DNA from: Mobula hypostoma
Taxonomy: Eukaryota
Assembly: GCF_963921235.1 (NCBI RefSeq)
Contig: NC_086124.1
Location: forward strand, 16,306,001-16,370,000
DNA: 64,000 nucleotides
Reading direction: 5' to 3'
Position numbers and translations under genes: made by a program. Positions 12,476 through 25,400 of this stretch are shown piece after piece; position 1 is the stretch's first letter; the number at the start of each line of letters is the position of its first letter. The notes under the pieces were generated by a model, which saw nothing but the letters and a program-made list of their open reading frames with translations, was not told the origin of the DNA and did not search any database.

Positions 12476-12944
12476 ATGAGGAAATGCTTCCGTCCTTCAG
12501 CCTTCTTGTCTGTCCTGGTGGATGCAGTGAGACATTCAGGATTGGTGCAACGACGCCTAAGCTCATTGGAGAGCAAATAAGCCAACGACAGATCCGATTT
12601 ATCAATCAAAATCAAAAGCGCGGAAGTAACTGCTTACCCGCCGAAAATAAACTGAAACTTGAAAACAGCCCGCCAAAAATCCTTTGTTCAGATCTAATCA
12701 AATCATTGCAGATCTGCTTGTCAACTAATTCTCCGCATTATCCCATTACTGAAGTCCGTCACATCTAATGTTTGAGTGTAGCTAATATTGCAGATATGTC
12801 TGGGGATTTCATTGCTCTTCTCAAACTACGGCTGGAGTTCAGCCCTCAGTCTTGACAAATTATTGGTGAAAGAACATTTTGGCATTGCAGTGGGATTCAG
12901 AGAATATGAGTTAGAAATGTAGCTCTTTTAATGAAACTTTGAGT

Positions 12945-12960
12945 GGCTCTTAAAAGAGCC
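12945..12960 (-). terminator. Histone 3' stem-loop with downstream purine-rich HDE
   Basis: GGCTCTTTTAAGAGCC on the - strand; HDE-like AAAAGAGCT at ~12921-12929. Confidence 0.95.
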
Positions 12961-12992
12961 TTTGGGTTTTCGGTTTGTTTTGGCAGCACTCT

Positions 12993-13364
12993 TCACTTGG
13001 AGCTGGTGTACTTGGTCACTGCCTTTGTCCCTTCCGACACGGCGTGCTTGGCCAGCTCCCCGGGGAGCAGCAGGCGCACGGCGGTCTGGATCTCCCGGGA
13101 GCTGATGGTCGACCGCTTGTTGTAATGGGCTAGACGGGAAGCCTCGCCAGCGATGCGCTCGAAAATATCGTTCACGAACGAGTTCATGATGCTCATGGCC
13201 TTGGAGGAGATGCCGGTGTCAGGGTGAACCTGCTTCATCACTTTGTAGATATAGATGGAGTAACTCTCCTTCCTCAGCCTCCTGCGCTTCTTGCCAGCCT
13301 TGCCTGATGGTTTCGGCAGCGCTTTCTTAGCGCCCTTCTTGGGAGCGGGTTTCTGCTCGGGCAT
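12993..13364 (-). CDS. H2B: Histone H2B, replication-dependent type, 123 aa
   Basis: [14 protein letters not shown]...[27 protein letters not shown]...TKYTSSK. Intronless, with stem-loop and promoter. True start is the ATG at 13364, not the upstream codon used by the ORF track. Confidence 0.97.
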   Translation of the reverse strand: MPEQKPAPKKGAKKALPKPSGKAGKKRRRLRKESYSIYIYKVMKQVHPDTGISSKAMSIMNSFVNDIFERIAGEASRLAHYNKRSTISSREIQTAVRLLLPGELAKHAVSEGTKAVTKYTSSK

Positions 13365-13415
13365 TGCTTCCGTCGAGTCCAGACTCAAATAAGCAGAACA
13401 ACCTTCGGAGCGCCC

Positions 13416-13481
13416 TTTAAATAGGAAGTGCTGACGGCGGTATGCTAATCAAGGAATGGAGAATTAGAGCATGTTCATTGG
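13416..13481 (-). promoter_or_regulatory. H2B proximal promoter
   Basis: TATA-like TATTTAAA (13416-13423), octamer variant ATTAGCAT (13442-13449), CCAAT box (13477-13481). A similar layout lies upstream of the other main-lineage H2B copies. Confidence 0.75.
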
Positions 13482-14728
13482 CTGCTTGGAGAGACGCTTC
13501 ACCATCGAAATTTTTACGACAAATCCTATATTTGGATATCGGAAGGAACGAATTGCAAACACTCGCTTCACCCGTCAGCAGCCTCACCCAGCCTGCGGAC
13601 CGGGTACCTTGCTAACCCGTGGATTAACCCCTTTGGTTCAAGAACATGATGGTTGAGGGAAAATGACTATTCCTGAAACTGATGGTGTGAGTCCTGAGGC
13701 TCTTTTACTTTTCTCCTGTGAGCAGAGTGAGAAGAGAGCATGTCCTGGGTGGTGGGGGTCCCTGATGATGGAGCCACTTTTAATGAGCTATGAGCTTGGA
13801 TCCCAAGATTTCCCTGCTTAGCAACATTTAAGGAACTGTATTGTAAGTTGCTTATTTCATGACCAGCAGGAGACCGTTGGAGACAATTCAGATATCAGAG
13901 GGGCAAAGGGACTTGTGCAATTTTCCAAATGGTTACCTTGCAAGATATGTCAGTGGTAAGGAAGGGAAATGAAAAGTTAGTATCCCTTTCAAGATGCCTA
14001 AAATATAAATTCAAGCAAAACAATATTGAGGCATAATAAAGCATTGGTCAGACAGCCTTCAAGTATTGTGAGCAATTTTGAACCCCTTATCTAAGAACAG
14101 ATGTGTTTTATTTGAGATTGTCCAGAGGAGCTTCACAAGATTTTGCATGGGAATGAAAATGTTAATGCTTGAGGAGAGTTTGCTAGCTCTGACCCTGTAC
14201 TCGCTTGAATTTAGAAGAATTAGGGGGATCTCATTGAAACCTATTAAATGTTGGAAGGTGTAGATAGAGTGGAAGTGGAGAGGCTGTTTCCTGTAGTGGG
14301 GGAGTCACAGACCAGCAGGAACAACCTAGAGAATATAAGGAAGACCAAATAGAACAGAAGTGAGGATAAATTCGTTTAGCCCAAGGGAGGTGATAGAACA
14401 GAGGGCAGACACTGTACAGCCACAAGTTGAACCAAAACTTTGAGAGCTGGGCTTCCCTTTGTGCAGCCTTTCTGAGTGTAGAAGTTCAGTCAGGCCCCAG
14501 TTAAGATGAAAAACTGACGAGAGACAGTGTGCACACATAGTGCAGTTATCCAGGCTGAACACTGCTCTTGAAAGCCTAACTCTCCTGTGTACAGCCTTTC
14601 TGAAGCAAAGTCACCAAGAATAACAAGATGGAGATGGAAACAAATGACTCGAGGGCACATCGGCTACTGGTCTCTTATTTAACTAATTCTCAACCCTTAT
14701 TGGTTTCTAATATATAGATTATGGGTTA

Positions 14729-16108
14729 TAGAACCATAGAACCATAGAAACTACAGCACAGAAACAGGCCCTTTGGCCCTTCTTGGCTGTGCTGAACCAT
14801 TTTCTGCCTAGTCCCACTGACCTGCACACGGACCATATCCCTCCATACACCTCCCATCCATGTATCTGTCCAATTTATTCTTAAATGTTAAAAAAGAACC
14901 CGCATTTACCACCTCGTCTGGCAGCTCATTCCATACTCCCACCACTCTCTGCGTGAAGAAGCCCCCCCTAATGTTCCCTTTAAACTTTTCCCCCCTCACC
15001 CTTAACCCATGTCCTCTGTGTTTTTTCTCCTCTTGCCTCAGTGGAAAAAGCCTGCTTGCATTCACTCTATCTATACCCATCATAATTTTATATACCTCTA
15101 TCAAATCTCCCCTCATTCTTCTACGCACCAGGGAATAAAGTCCTAACCTATTCAACCTTTCTCTGTAACTGAGTTTCTCAAGTCCCGGCAACATCCTTGT
15201 AAACCTTCTCTGCACTCTTTCAACCTTACTTATATCCTTCCTGTAATTTGGTGACCAAAACTGAACACAATACTCCAGATTCGGCCTCACCAATGCCTTA
15301 TACAACCTCATCATAACATTCCAGCTCTTATACTCAATACTTTGATTAATAAAGGCCAATGTACCAAAAGCTCTCTTTACGACCCTATCTACCTGTGATG
15401 ACACTTTTAGGGAATTTTGTATCTGTATTCCCAGATCCCTCTGTTCCACTGCACTCCTCAGTACCTTACCATTAACCCTGTATGTTCTACATTGGTTTGT
15501 CCTTCCAACGTGCAATACCTCACACTTGTCAGTATTAAACTCCATCTGCCATTTTTCAGCCCATTTTTCCAGCTGGTCCAAGTCCCTCTGCAGGCTCTGA
15601 AAACCTTCCTCACTGTCTACTACACCTCCAATCTTTGTATCATCAGCAAACTTGCTGATCCAATTAACCACATTATCATCCAGATCATTGATATAGATGA
15701 CAAATAACAATGGACCCAACACTGATCCCTGTGGCACACCACTAGTCACAGGCCTCCACTCAGAGAAGCAATTCTCTACCACCACTCTCTTGCTTCTTCC
15801 ATCGAGCCAATGTCTAATCCAATTTACCACCTCTCCATGTATACCTAGTGGCTGAAATTTCCTAACTAACCTCCCATGCGGGACCTTGTCAAAGGCCTTA
15901 CTGAAGTCCATGTAGACAATATCCACTGCCTTCCCTTCATCCACTTTCCTGGTAACCTCCTCAAAAAACTCCAATAGATTGGTCAAACATGACCTACCAT
16001 GCACAAAGCCATGTTGACTCTCCCTAATAAGCCCCTGTCTATCCAAATGCTTGTAGATTCTGTCTCTTAGTACTCCCTCCAATAACTTATCTACTACTGA
16101 CGTTAAAC
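14729..16108 (-). mobile_element. Young 5'-truncated CR1 LINE
   Basis: Uninterrupted RT ORF plus CR1 3' UTR and a short tandem tail (TAGAACCA repeats on +). Absent at the paralogous site near 30870. Confidence 0.92.
14808..16082 (-). CDS. CR1 ORF2 C-terminal part (reverse transcriptase), 5'-truncated
   Basis: QHGF, YMDFSKAFDKVPH, GVPQGSVLGP, KFADD, LYKALVRPNLEYC, RRRMRGDLIEVYK. 424 codons without a stop but no native start. Confidence 0.85.
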   Translation of the reverse strand: MEGVLRDRIYKHLDRQGLIRESQHGFVHGRSCLTNLLEFFEEVTRKVDEGKAVDIVYMDFSKAFDKVPHGRLVRKFQPLGIHGEVVNWIRHWLDGRSKRVVVENCFSEWRPVTSGVPQGSVLGPLLFVIYINDLDDNVVNWISKFADDTKIGGVVDSEEGFQSLQRDLDQLEKWAEKWQMEFNTDKCEVLHVGRTNQCRTYRVNGKVLRSAVEQRDLGIQIQNSLKVSSQVDRVVKRAFGTLAFINQSIEYKSWNVMMRLYKALVRPNLEYCVQFWSPNYRKDISKVERVQRRFTRMLPGLEKLSYRERLNRLGLYSLVRRRMRGDLIEVYKIMMGIDRVNASRLFPLRQEEKKHRGHGLRVRGEKFKGNIRGGFFTQRVVGVWNELPDEVVNAGSFLTFKNKLDRYMDGRCMEGYGPCAGQWD

Positions 16109-16619
16109 TGATACTTAAACAGGAATTTGATGCAATTCAAAAGTTCAGTATCCATCGAACCAATCTGTATACAGCTAGTTGATTACAGGATAAAAATAGC
16201 ATTGCTTTATTCAATCTTCCAAACAGTGACAGGGGCAGAGTGGGGATGAGAAGAGGGAAGGGTGTGGGAAAAAAATTACCTGATGGAGAAATCGGTATTC
16301 GTGCCTAGATCCCTAAGTTCAACCAGCGAGAGTAATTCAAAGCACAAGTATATTGAGCAAGGACAAAAGGGGAAATAAAATCAAAATGAAGAATATAATC
16401 ATTATATCTTAAGAGAAAGTGCAGCACAAGGAAAGTACACAGTGTTTGTCAAGACCCTTAACAATGTTGATATAGAGGGGGATGTTGGAGTCGAAGTCCA
16501 TGGCCCCTTGGTAGTGGCTACACAGGTTGTTCATCTGGTAAAGAAGGCGTATTACGTGCTTGACTTTATTAGTTGAGGTGACTGCCGGAGTCAGGAAGTT
16601 ATGTTGCAGTTTTAGTTTA

Positions 16620-16975
16620 GAATCTACTGAGGCTGCCTCTAGAGTACTGTCTGAGCATCCTCTGAAATAGTCTATAAATCTCGTTAGGACTTCTCTGGAG
16701 TACTGTCCAGGCTTCCCCTGGAGTAGAGCCCAAAACTCCAGTTAGGTCTCTTATTGAGTCTAAAAGTCTAGTTAGGCCTCCCCTGCAGTAGTGTCTAGGC
16801 CTCCTCTGTATAAAAAAAGCTAGTTAGGCCGTCTCTGCAGTGGGTCTAGGACTCTTCTGGAGTAGTATAAAACTCTAGTTACGCCTTCTCTGGAGTAGAG
16901 TCTAAAAGTGTAGTTAGGCCTTCTCGGGGTAGAGTTTAAAAGTCTAGTTAGGACTCCTGTGGAGTCCTGATCAAA
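16620..16975 (+). repeat. Degenerate ~34-bp minisatellite
   Basis: Repeated TAGTTAGGCCT(C/T)CTCTGGAGTAGAGTCTAAAA-like units. Paralogous arrays at ~32790-33150, 45545-45735 and 62305-62400. Confidence 0.8.
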
Positions 16976-18643
16976 AACCTAAATCAGTCTTCTCAAAGTT
17001 TAAAGGTCAATGTACATTTTATTATCAAAGTATTTACAAATTATACAATGTTGGGATTCGTTTGCTTACAGGCAGCCACAAAATTACATTTACCCAATTT
17101 CCCTCGTGTTCAATAAAGTATATCTATCTATCTATCTAAAATCCAATTAAAAAAAGATCAACACCCAATCTACAAAAAGATTAAAAAAAGCAAATCAATT
17201 CATACAAACAATAAAGCAAGCATCAGTATTCAGAATGAAATTGAGTACATAAACCTGAAGCCAAAGAGGATTAGAGTATAAAAGTCCAGTTTGGCCTCCT
17301 CTGCTTTGTAGCCTAAGAGACAAGTTAGGACTCCTCTGGAATAGTACATTCAAGTCTGGTTGGTGCATTATAGGAAAGAATTGAAGACTTTGAAGAGGAT
17401 TCAGAATAGACTTAAGACATAACAACAGAAATAGGCCAATCAGTACCCTGATTTTGCTGTCATTCCATCATAGCTGAGTTATTAATCTTGTCAAACAAAT
17501 TCTTCCGCCTTCTCCCTGTAACCTTTGACTCCCTGATTAATCGAGAACCTGTCATATTCTGTTTTAAATATGCTCAATGACTCTCTGTGACAAAGGATTC
17601 CACTGAATAACTACCCAGTGGTTGAAGAAAATGCTCCTTACCTCTGTTCTCAATAGACATCTCTCTATCTTGCACATGAGAAAATAGGCAAAAGCCAGCA
17701 TCGTTTCATGAAATGAAAATCCTCCCTGACTAACCTACTACAATTTTTTTGAGGAAATTACAAGCAGGGTAGACAAAGGAGATGTAGTGGATGTGGTGTA
17801 ATTGAACTTTCAGAAGGCCTTTGATAAAGTGCCTCAAAGGAGAATGCTTAGCAAGATAAGAGCCCATGGAATTACAGGGAAGTTACCAGCATGGGTGAAA
17901 CATTGGTAGATCATCAGAATGCAGAGTGTGGGAATAAGGGGATCCTATTCTGGCTGGTTGCCGGTTTGCAGTGGAGTTCCACAGGGGTCGGTGTTGAGAC
18001 TGTTGCTTTTTACGATATAGGTCGATGATTTGGACCATGGGATTATTGGATTTGTGGCTAAATTTGCCAATGATACAAAGATAGGTGGAGGAGTGGGTAG
18101 TGTTGAGAAAACAGAGAGCTTGCAGAGAGACTTAGATAGTTTACAAGAATGGGCAAAGAAATGCAATGTGGAAAGTGTATGGTTATGCACTTTGGTGGAA
18201 GAAATAAACAGGGAGACTATTATTTAGATGGAGAGAGAATTCAAAACGCAGAGATGCAAAGGGACTTGAGAGTCCTTGTGCAGGATACCCTAAAGGTTAA
18301 CTTCAGGTTAAGTCACTGGTGAAGAAGGCGAATGCAATGTTGGCATTCATTTCTAAAAGTATAGAATGTAAGAGCAGGGTTGTGATGTTGAGGTTCTAAG
18401 GCACTTGTTAGACTACACTTGCAGTTTTGGGCTCCTTATTTTAGAAAGATTATACTGATTTTGAAGAGGGTTCAAAGAAGATTCACAAGAATGTTTCCAG
18501 GAATGAAAGGGTTACTGTACAAGGAACGTCTCGCAGCTCCAGGGCTGTATTTCCTGGTTTTAGGTGAATGGGGGTGGGGGGTGGGAATCTCACAGAAACA
18601 TTCTGAATGTTAAAAGGCCTGAACGGATTAGATATGGCAAAGT

Positions 18644-19233
18644 GAACACAGCAGGCCAGGCAGCATCTATAGGAAGAGGTACAGTCGACGTTTAGGAGAA
18701 GACAGGACGGGGAGGGATGGAGGTAAGAGCTGGAAAGTTGATTGGCAAAAGGGATACAAGGCTGGAGAAGGGAGAGGATCATGGGACGGGAGGCCTCGGG
18801 AGAAAGAAAGGGGGAGAGGATCCAGAGGATGGGCAAGGAGTTATAATGAGAGGGACAGAGGGAGAAATAAATAAATAAATAAATAAATAACGGATGGGGT
18901 ACGGAGGAGAGGTGGGTCATTAACGGAAGTTAGAGAAGTCAATGTTCATGCCATCAGGTTGGAGGCTACCCGGAAGGTCCCTTTTGCCAATCAACTTTCC
19001 AGCTCTTAGCTCTATCCCTCTCCCTCCTGTCTCTCCTATCATTTTGAATCTCCCCATCCCCCTCCCACTTTCAAATCCCTTACTATCTCTTCTTTCAGTT
19101 AGTCCTGACGAAGGGTCTCGGCGCGAAACATTGACTGTACCTCTTCCTACAGATGCTGCCTGACCTGCTGCATTCACCAGCATTTTTTTGTGTGTGTTGC
19201 TTGAATTTCCAGCATCTGCAGATTTCCTCATGT
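18644..19233. mobile_element. Penelope-like element fragment with inverted terminal arms
   Basis: GIY-YIG C-terminal peptide GSLQPDGMNIDFSNFR* on the - strand (18920-18970), inverted arms, and direct repeat TTAGATATGGCAAAGT at 18628-18643 and 19234-19249. Confidence 0.85.
19101..19136 (+). ncRNA. Degenerate minimal hammerhead ribozyme motif (Penelope)
   Basis: AGTC-CTGACGA-A-GGGT(CTCG)GCGC-GAAA-CATT-GACT. Core boxes present; the helix III palindrome is decayed. Confidence 0.5.
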
Positions 19234-19589
19234 TTAGATATGGCAAAGTCATTTCCCATGGCAGGGGATTCTAGGACAAGAGGGCACGACTTCAGGATTG
19301 AAGGATGTCCATTTAGAACAGAGATGCGGTGCAATTATTTTAGTCAGAGGCTGGTAAATCTGTGGAACTTGTTGCCATGAGCAACTGTGGAGGCCAAGTC
19401 ACTGGGTGCTTTTAAGGCAGAGATAGGGAGGTTTTTGATTAGCCAGGGCATCAAAAGGTATGGCGACAAGGCGGGGGAGTTGGGATGATTGGAAGAATTG
19501 GATCAGCCATGACTCAATGGCGGAGCAGACTAGATGGGCCGAATGGTGTTGTTCTGCTCGCATATCTTATTGTCTTATTCTGTGGCTAT

Positions 19590-21140
19590 GCCGTTTGCTC
19601 CTAGAATCACCCACTACAGGAAACATCCTCACCAGATCTACTCTATACAGACCTTTTAACATTTGATAGGTTTCAATAAGATCACACCTCAGTCTTCTGA
19701 ACTCCAATAAGTTGAGGAGCAGAGCCATCAAATGCACAAAATACGTTCACTGTTTCACTCCTGGAATCATTCTTGGGAAACTCCTCTGGATCCTCTCAAA
19801 CACCAGCACAATTCTTCTCAGATAATAGGCTAAAAACTGCTCACAATACTGCAAGTGCAGTCTAACCAATGCCTTATAAAACAGCCTCAGCTTTACAATG
19901 ACCCGTTTATGTTGTCGTCCTGTCAAAATGAATACTAACACTGAATTTCTCTTCCTTACCTCTGACTCAACAGGCAAGATGTCCTTTATGGAATCCTGCA
20001 CAAGTACTCCCAAGTCCCCTTGCACCTCTGATTTTTGAATCTTCTCCTTTTTTTAGAAAATAGTCTACGCTTTTATTCCTTCTACCAAAGTACATGACCA
20101 TACACTTCTATTCACTATATTGCATCCGCAACTTCTTTGTCTATTCTCCAAATCTGTCCAAGTCCTTTTGCAGACTCCCAGCTTCTTCAAAACTTCCTGC
20201 CTCTCCACCTATATTTGTATCATCCATTAACAGGACCGAAAGAAGCTGCCGATGTTTGTAAATCTAGTCAGCTCCATCTGAGTAGTAAACTACAAAGTAC
20301 CCAGGACATCTTCAGGGAGCAGTGTCTCAGAAAGACAGCGTCCATTATTAAAGACTTCAGCACCCAGGGCATGCCCTCTTCACACTGTTACCATCAGTTA
20401 GGAGGTACAGAATCATAAAGGCTCACACTCAGCGATTCAGGAACAGCTCCTGAAACAGTTCCTCTGCCATCCAATTCCTAAGAGCACATTGAATCCTTGG
20501 ACACTACCTCACTTTTTTAATATGTAGTATTTCTGTTTTTCTGCATTTTTAAAAAATCTATTCAATATACACATACTGTAATTGATTTATTTGTTTATTT
20601 GTTCTTATTACTTTCATTTTTTTCTCTCTCCTCTGGATTATATATTGCTTTGAACTGTTGCTGCTCAGTTTGAAATTTCACATCACATGCCAGTGATAAC
20701 AAACCTGATCCGGATTCTGAACCTGGCCACAAAGCCATCCCTTCCATCATCCAAATCATTTACATATGCAGTATCATGAAAAGGAGCGGTCCAAACACTA
20801 AACCTTGCAGTAGACCACTAGTCACTGGCAACTAAACAGATAAGGCCTCTATTATGCCCACTCTTTGCCTCCTGCTGGTCAGCCAATCTTCTATCCATAA
20901 GAGTACCTTTCCTGTAATACCATGGGATCTTACCTTCTTAAGCAACCGCACGTTCAGCCAGTTGTGCAAGTCTTTTTGAAAATCCAAATAAACAGCATCT
21001 ACTGACTTTCCTTTATCTATTTTGCCTGTTATTTCCTCAAAGATTTGCAACAGATTTGTGAAGCAGGATATCTCCTTCTGAAAACCCTGCTGACTTTGGC
21101 CTATTTTATCCTGTGCCTTCAAGTACCCCGGAAATTCAAC
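19590..21140 (-). mobile_element. Degenerate CR1 LINE with nested Rex1-like fragment
   Basis: SQQGFQK..SCFTNLL, GKSVDAVYLDFQK, DLGVLVQDS, YKALVRLHLQYCEQF. Part of the duplicated unit. Confidence 0.8.
20232..20720 (+). mobile_element. Rex1/Babar-like LINE 3' end
   Basis: CLRKTASIIKD..HPGHAL..LLPS..RYR.IKAHTQRFRNS-like remnant and a GATTCTGA-type tail. Paralogous copy at ~47035-47403. Confidence 0.6.
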
Positions 21141-21786
21141 AATAGAAATTACTCCTGACCTCGAGGATTTTATTGAATGGTGGGGCAGGCTCGATGGGCC
21201 GGATGTCCTACTCCTTATGTTCTTATGTAATGAGGGAGATTGTGGGAGTAAGTACATTTTGGCAGGGAAAATATGCCATAATGCATGTTCTCTAAATGTT
21301 CACAGACAACAAAATATTATCTCATGAGGAGGCTGAAAGATTAAAAGCTTTCACGGTTGCTGCCCGAGCTACGTTTTACCTGAATTTCAGGACTCCGGTC
21401 TCCGCGTTTGTTCTTTTTCCAGATTATCATTGATTAATTTTCCAGGAAATGAGTACAAATCTCAAGAGTTTTTATATCAGTTATTCAGGACGTTCGGTAA
21501 TAATGTTACAGACTAACCTTCAATATAAAAACGGAGTGAAAATAAAATTGATCCCAACCATCTCTCCGGGGAACATACACACGCCAGCAGAAAAGTTCAT
21601 CAGCTCCGGAAGAGATTCTGAAAACCATCGCGGCTTGTTTAGAAAAAAATAAGTAGTCTAAGATAAATTAGTATGAATTTCGTGTTTCTGTAAAAAGAAC
21701 TTCCTCAGAAATCTTTCGTAGTGACAGCGAAACCCGAGTCCTTTACTCCACACTCCGCAGGGCAGCCCCTCACAGACATGGAGAGT

Positions 21787-21802
21787 GGCTCTGAAAAGAG
21801 CC
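21787..21802 (-). terminator. Histone 3' stem-loop (H2A pseudogene)
   Basis: GGCTCTTTTCAGAGCC on the - strand. Confidence 0.92.
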
Positions 21803-21833
21803 TTTGGGTAACAGGGTTTCATATTCTGTCGCT

Positions 21834-22150
21834 TCACCTACTGGCTCCGCCGGTTTACTTGGACAACAACACGGCCTGGATATTGGGTAACACTCCATCC
21901 TGGGCGATCGTCACCCATCCGGACCTTGCGGGTCTTCACGTTGTTCGGGGCCGGGTTGCCTGCCAGCTCAAGAATTTCAGCCGTCAGATACTCGAACACA
22001 GCAGCCAGAGAGACCGAGGCTCCGGCACCCACCAGCTCATCATAGTTGCACTTTCTGAAGAGCCGGTGAACCCGGTCCAATGAGAACTGGGCCGGGGACG
22101 AGCTTTCCCGCCAGCTTTACTTCGTCTATTTTTTTTGTCCGTTTATTTCG
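21834..22150 (-). pseudogene. H2A: Histone H2A pseudogene
   Basis: [40 protein letters not shown], then deletion/frameshift to [19 protein letters not shown]. Start codon region decayed. Confidence 0.9.
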
Positions 22151-22306
22151 ACAAGCTCAGCAACACCCAGAGAATGAGGAAAAGCTGTCTGTCTGTCTGT
22201 CTGTATCTTGTTTTACGGAGGTTGGCATCCGGCTTAATGGTACATTACCGCCACCCTCTGCTCCAGAATGTGCACTAGACATACATTCTAAATCCCTTCA
22301 CCCAAT

Positions 22307-22307
22307 C

Positions 22308-22373
<66 letters not shown>
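22307..22373. repeat. (CA)n microsatellite in LINE 3' UTR
   Basis: About 33 units with one CAAA interruption, versus about 8 units at the same place in copy 1 (7765-7780). Confidence 0.9.
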
Positions 22374-22375
<2 letters not shown>

Positions 22376-22422
22376 CACCCTCCCATCTTTGACCATCCTA
22401 GTATCCTATTCCTGTTTATTCG

Positions 22423-25400
22423 TCATATTATATAAAAAACCCCTGTACCCCTTAAAAACGCTAAAAATACCCGGACTTGTGCTCTCTCACCCATGCCCAG
22501 CAACCCTTTTAATGTAAATTCCTGCATCCCCAACTCCCTTAGTTTATTTCTCATCATCTCTCTCTGTATCCCATACTTCCTGCAACTCAGAACTACATGT
22601 TCTACTGACTCCTCTTCCTGACACTCATCACACAATCCTGTCTGGTGTTTCCCTATCATTTTCAATGTTTTGTTTAATGCACAATGCCCCAGCCTTAACC
22701 TAGTCCACACAATTTCCTCTCTTCTGTTTCCATTACCTACCCTAGTAACTGCAATACTCTTTTGTATTTGATATAAATGCCTCCCTTTCCCCTCCCTGTC
22801 CCATCTTTCTTGCCACATTCGGTTGACTTTTTCCCAGATTACACACTTAACCTCTGCTTTACTGATACTAATGTGCATTTCCACATTTTCTTTCTTTAAC
22901 GCCCTCTTTGCCAACTCATCCACCCTCTCATTCCCCTTCACCCCTACATGTGCTGGAACCCATAGAAATTTTACCTGACCTCCCTGATTTGCAATTCTTG
23001 TAACTAACTGAAGGACTTCATAAAGTACATCTTGCCGACTGTTTGTGTGAAAAGACCTTAAACTTGCTAGAACTGAGGATGAATCTGAACATATCAATGC
23101 TTTGGATGGTCTGGCTTTCTGCACCCATCGCAACGCAACCAACACTGCCAGAATCTCCACTGTAAACACCCCTAACTTATTAGATGTTCTTCTGCTGATT
23201 CCAATTTCTTTTGCTGGTATTACCACCCCAAACCCTGTCACTCCTGTTTTGGGTTCCTTCGCACCATCTGTATAAATGTGAGTATAATCACTATACTTTT
23301 CCATCACATGACAGTTAAATGCATTTACCAAATCTGTTTTATATCTTTCTTTCCTTTTTACCTCTAACAAATGCCAGTCTATGTCAGGCCATACAAGCTT
23401 CCATGGAGGTACAACCGGATAAACTACTGAAGGACTTATCCTCAGATCAAACACTCCACATTCTTTCGCGATATCATTCCCAACCCGACTAAAGGTATCC
23501 CTCTGAAACCTCCCATTTTCCCAGCACTCCTGCAACACTCCTTTAGTAGGGTGAGAATCTTTGTGCCCCTGCAAGTTAGCCTAGTAGTTTGCCATCAGTT
23601 GCATCCTTCTTAGTTCCAAAGGCATTATTCCCATTTCTACCTGTAGGGCTGACACTGGTGATGTTTTAAAAGCCCCACTGCACACTCTCAAGGCCTGAGC
23701 CTGAATCACATCCAGTTTCCTTATAAGAGACCTAGCTGCTGATCCATATACTATATTTCCATAATCCAATACAGATCTTACTAAAGCCACATACATTCTC
23801 TTCAAAGCTGAACAACTTGCTCCCCATTCCCTACCAGTCAAACATCTCATCACATTTATTACTTTTTTACATTTCTCCTCAACTTTCCTGATATGGTCTG
23901 CCCATGTTAATCGTGAATCAAATATAACTCCCAGAAATTTAAATGATGCAACCCTTTCTAATTCAACCCCATACATCCTTAACTTCTTCCCTACCTTATC
24001 CTGGTAAAAAATACAGTTTGAGTTTTATCTACTGAAAATCTACATCCCCAATCATAACCCCACTCCATCACTTCATCAATTGCTTCTTGTAGTTTCCTGA
24101 TCATATAGTCCATGTTCCTGCCTCTTTTCCACAAGGCCCCATCATCCGCAAACAGTGACCTACCTATATCCACTGGTACCTTTGTGAAGACATCATTGAT
24201 CATAATCATGAAAAGTAATGGGCTAATCACACTACCTTGAGGTGTGCCATTTTCCACTATGTACTGTTTTGATCATTCTGATCCAATCCAAACTTGAATT
24301 TTTCTACCAAACAAAAAATCTTTAATCCAATTAAAAACTCTCCCACCAACCCCCATCTTGTGCAGTTTAATTAATAATCCTTCCTTCCACATCATATCAT
24401 AGGCTTTTTCAATGTCAAAGAACACTGCCACTACTGACTCTCTATTTGCCTGGGCCTTCCTTATTTCAGTCTCTAACATAATCACTGAGTCCATGGAATT
24501 CCTTCCCTTTCTAAAACCACTCTGATAACTTGCCAGCATTCCCCTTTTCTCAAGCTCATATGATAACCTTTCTGTTATCATCCTTTCCATTATCTTACAT
24601 ATACTTGATGTTAATGCAATTGGTCAGTAGCTAGTGGGTTTTGACAGATCCTTGCCAGGCTTCCTTATTGGAATTACTACTGCTTCTTTCCATGCACTTG
24701 GTAATCTTCCCTCCTCCCACACTCTGTTATAAAAATGCAGCGACTTCAAGAGCGCTCCTTCTCCTAGATTTTTTTAGCATCACAGAGCATATCAGATCTT
24801 TCCCTGGGGAGGTTGGTCTCGATCTCTTTATTGCTCTCACCATTTCTGCTAATGTAAATGGATCATCAATTATATCATCTGTTCCTTCCCTCCTGCTTAA
24901 CACACCTGGGTGTTGGCTCATTATTCTTTCCCTCCTTCTTCTCCCTTCCTCAGACAAATTTTCTGAACTGTGTATCAGTACAAATGACTTGGCCATGACC
25001 TCAGCCTTATCCCTACTGGAGACTGCAGTTTCCTCCTCAGATATCATTACTGGATATTCCCATTCCTTTCTATCTCCTCCCACCCTCTTAATCATTCCGC
25101 ATATCTCTCCCACAGGTGTTGTTCTTCCTACCTTGTCGCAAAAACTCCTCCAACTTGCCCTTTTAGCTTGACGTATAGTTCTTCTCACCACTGCCTGTGC
25201 TTTCTTATATTGAACCAAATGCTGCATATTATGGGTTCTTTTAACTAGCCTGAATGCTCTATTTCTGTTTTTTACAGCCTGACAACATTCCTCTGTCCAC
25301 CATGGTACCAGTTTTCTATTCATCCTATTTTTACTCCTAGGTATAGACCCTTCTGCTGCCATGATAATTGCTGAAGTCACCTGACTGTTTAATTCATCTA

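Larger units (their letters stand above)
17690..19580 (+). mobile_element. Degenerate CR1 LINE (RT to 3' end) interrupted by a Penelope insertion
   Basis: SQH.F, FQKAFDKVP, GVPQGSVL, KFANDTK, RVQRRFTRM.PG motifs with frameshifts. Confidence 0.85.

Noticed and set aside
12943-13125. Antisense ORFs MALKRAFG... over H2B 3' ends, and antisense ORFs over the LINEs
   Set aside because: Shadow frames of the real coding strand.
13365-13388. 8-aa N-terminal extension of H2B in the ORF track (also at the other copies)
   Set aside because: It starts at a non-ATG codon within the 5' UTR and the peptide is not conserved among copies.
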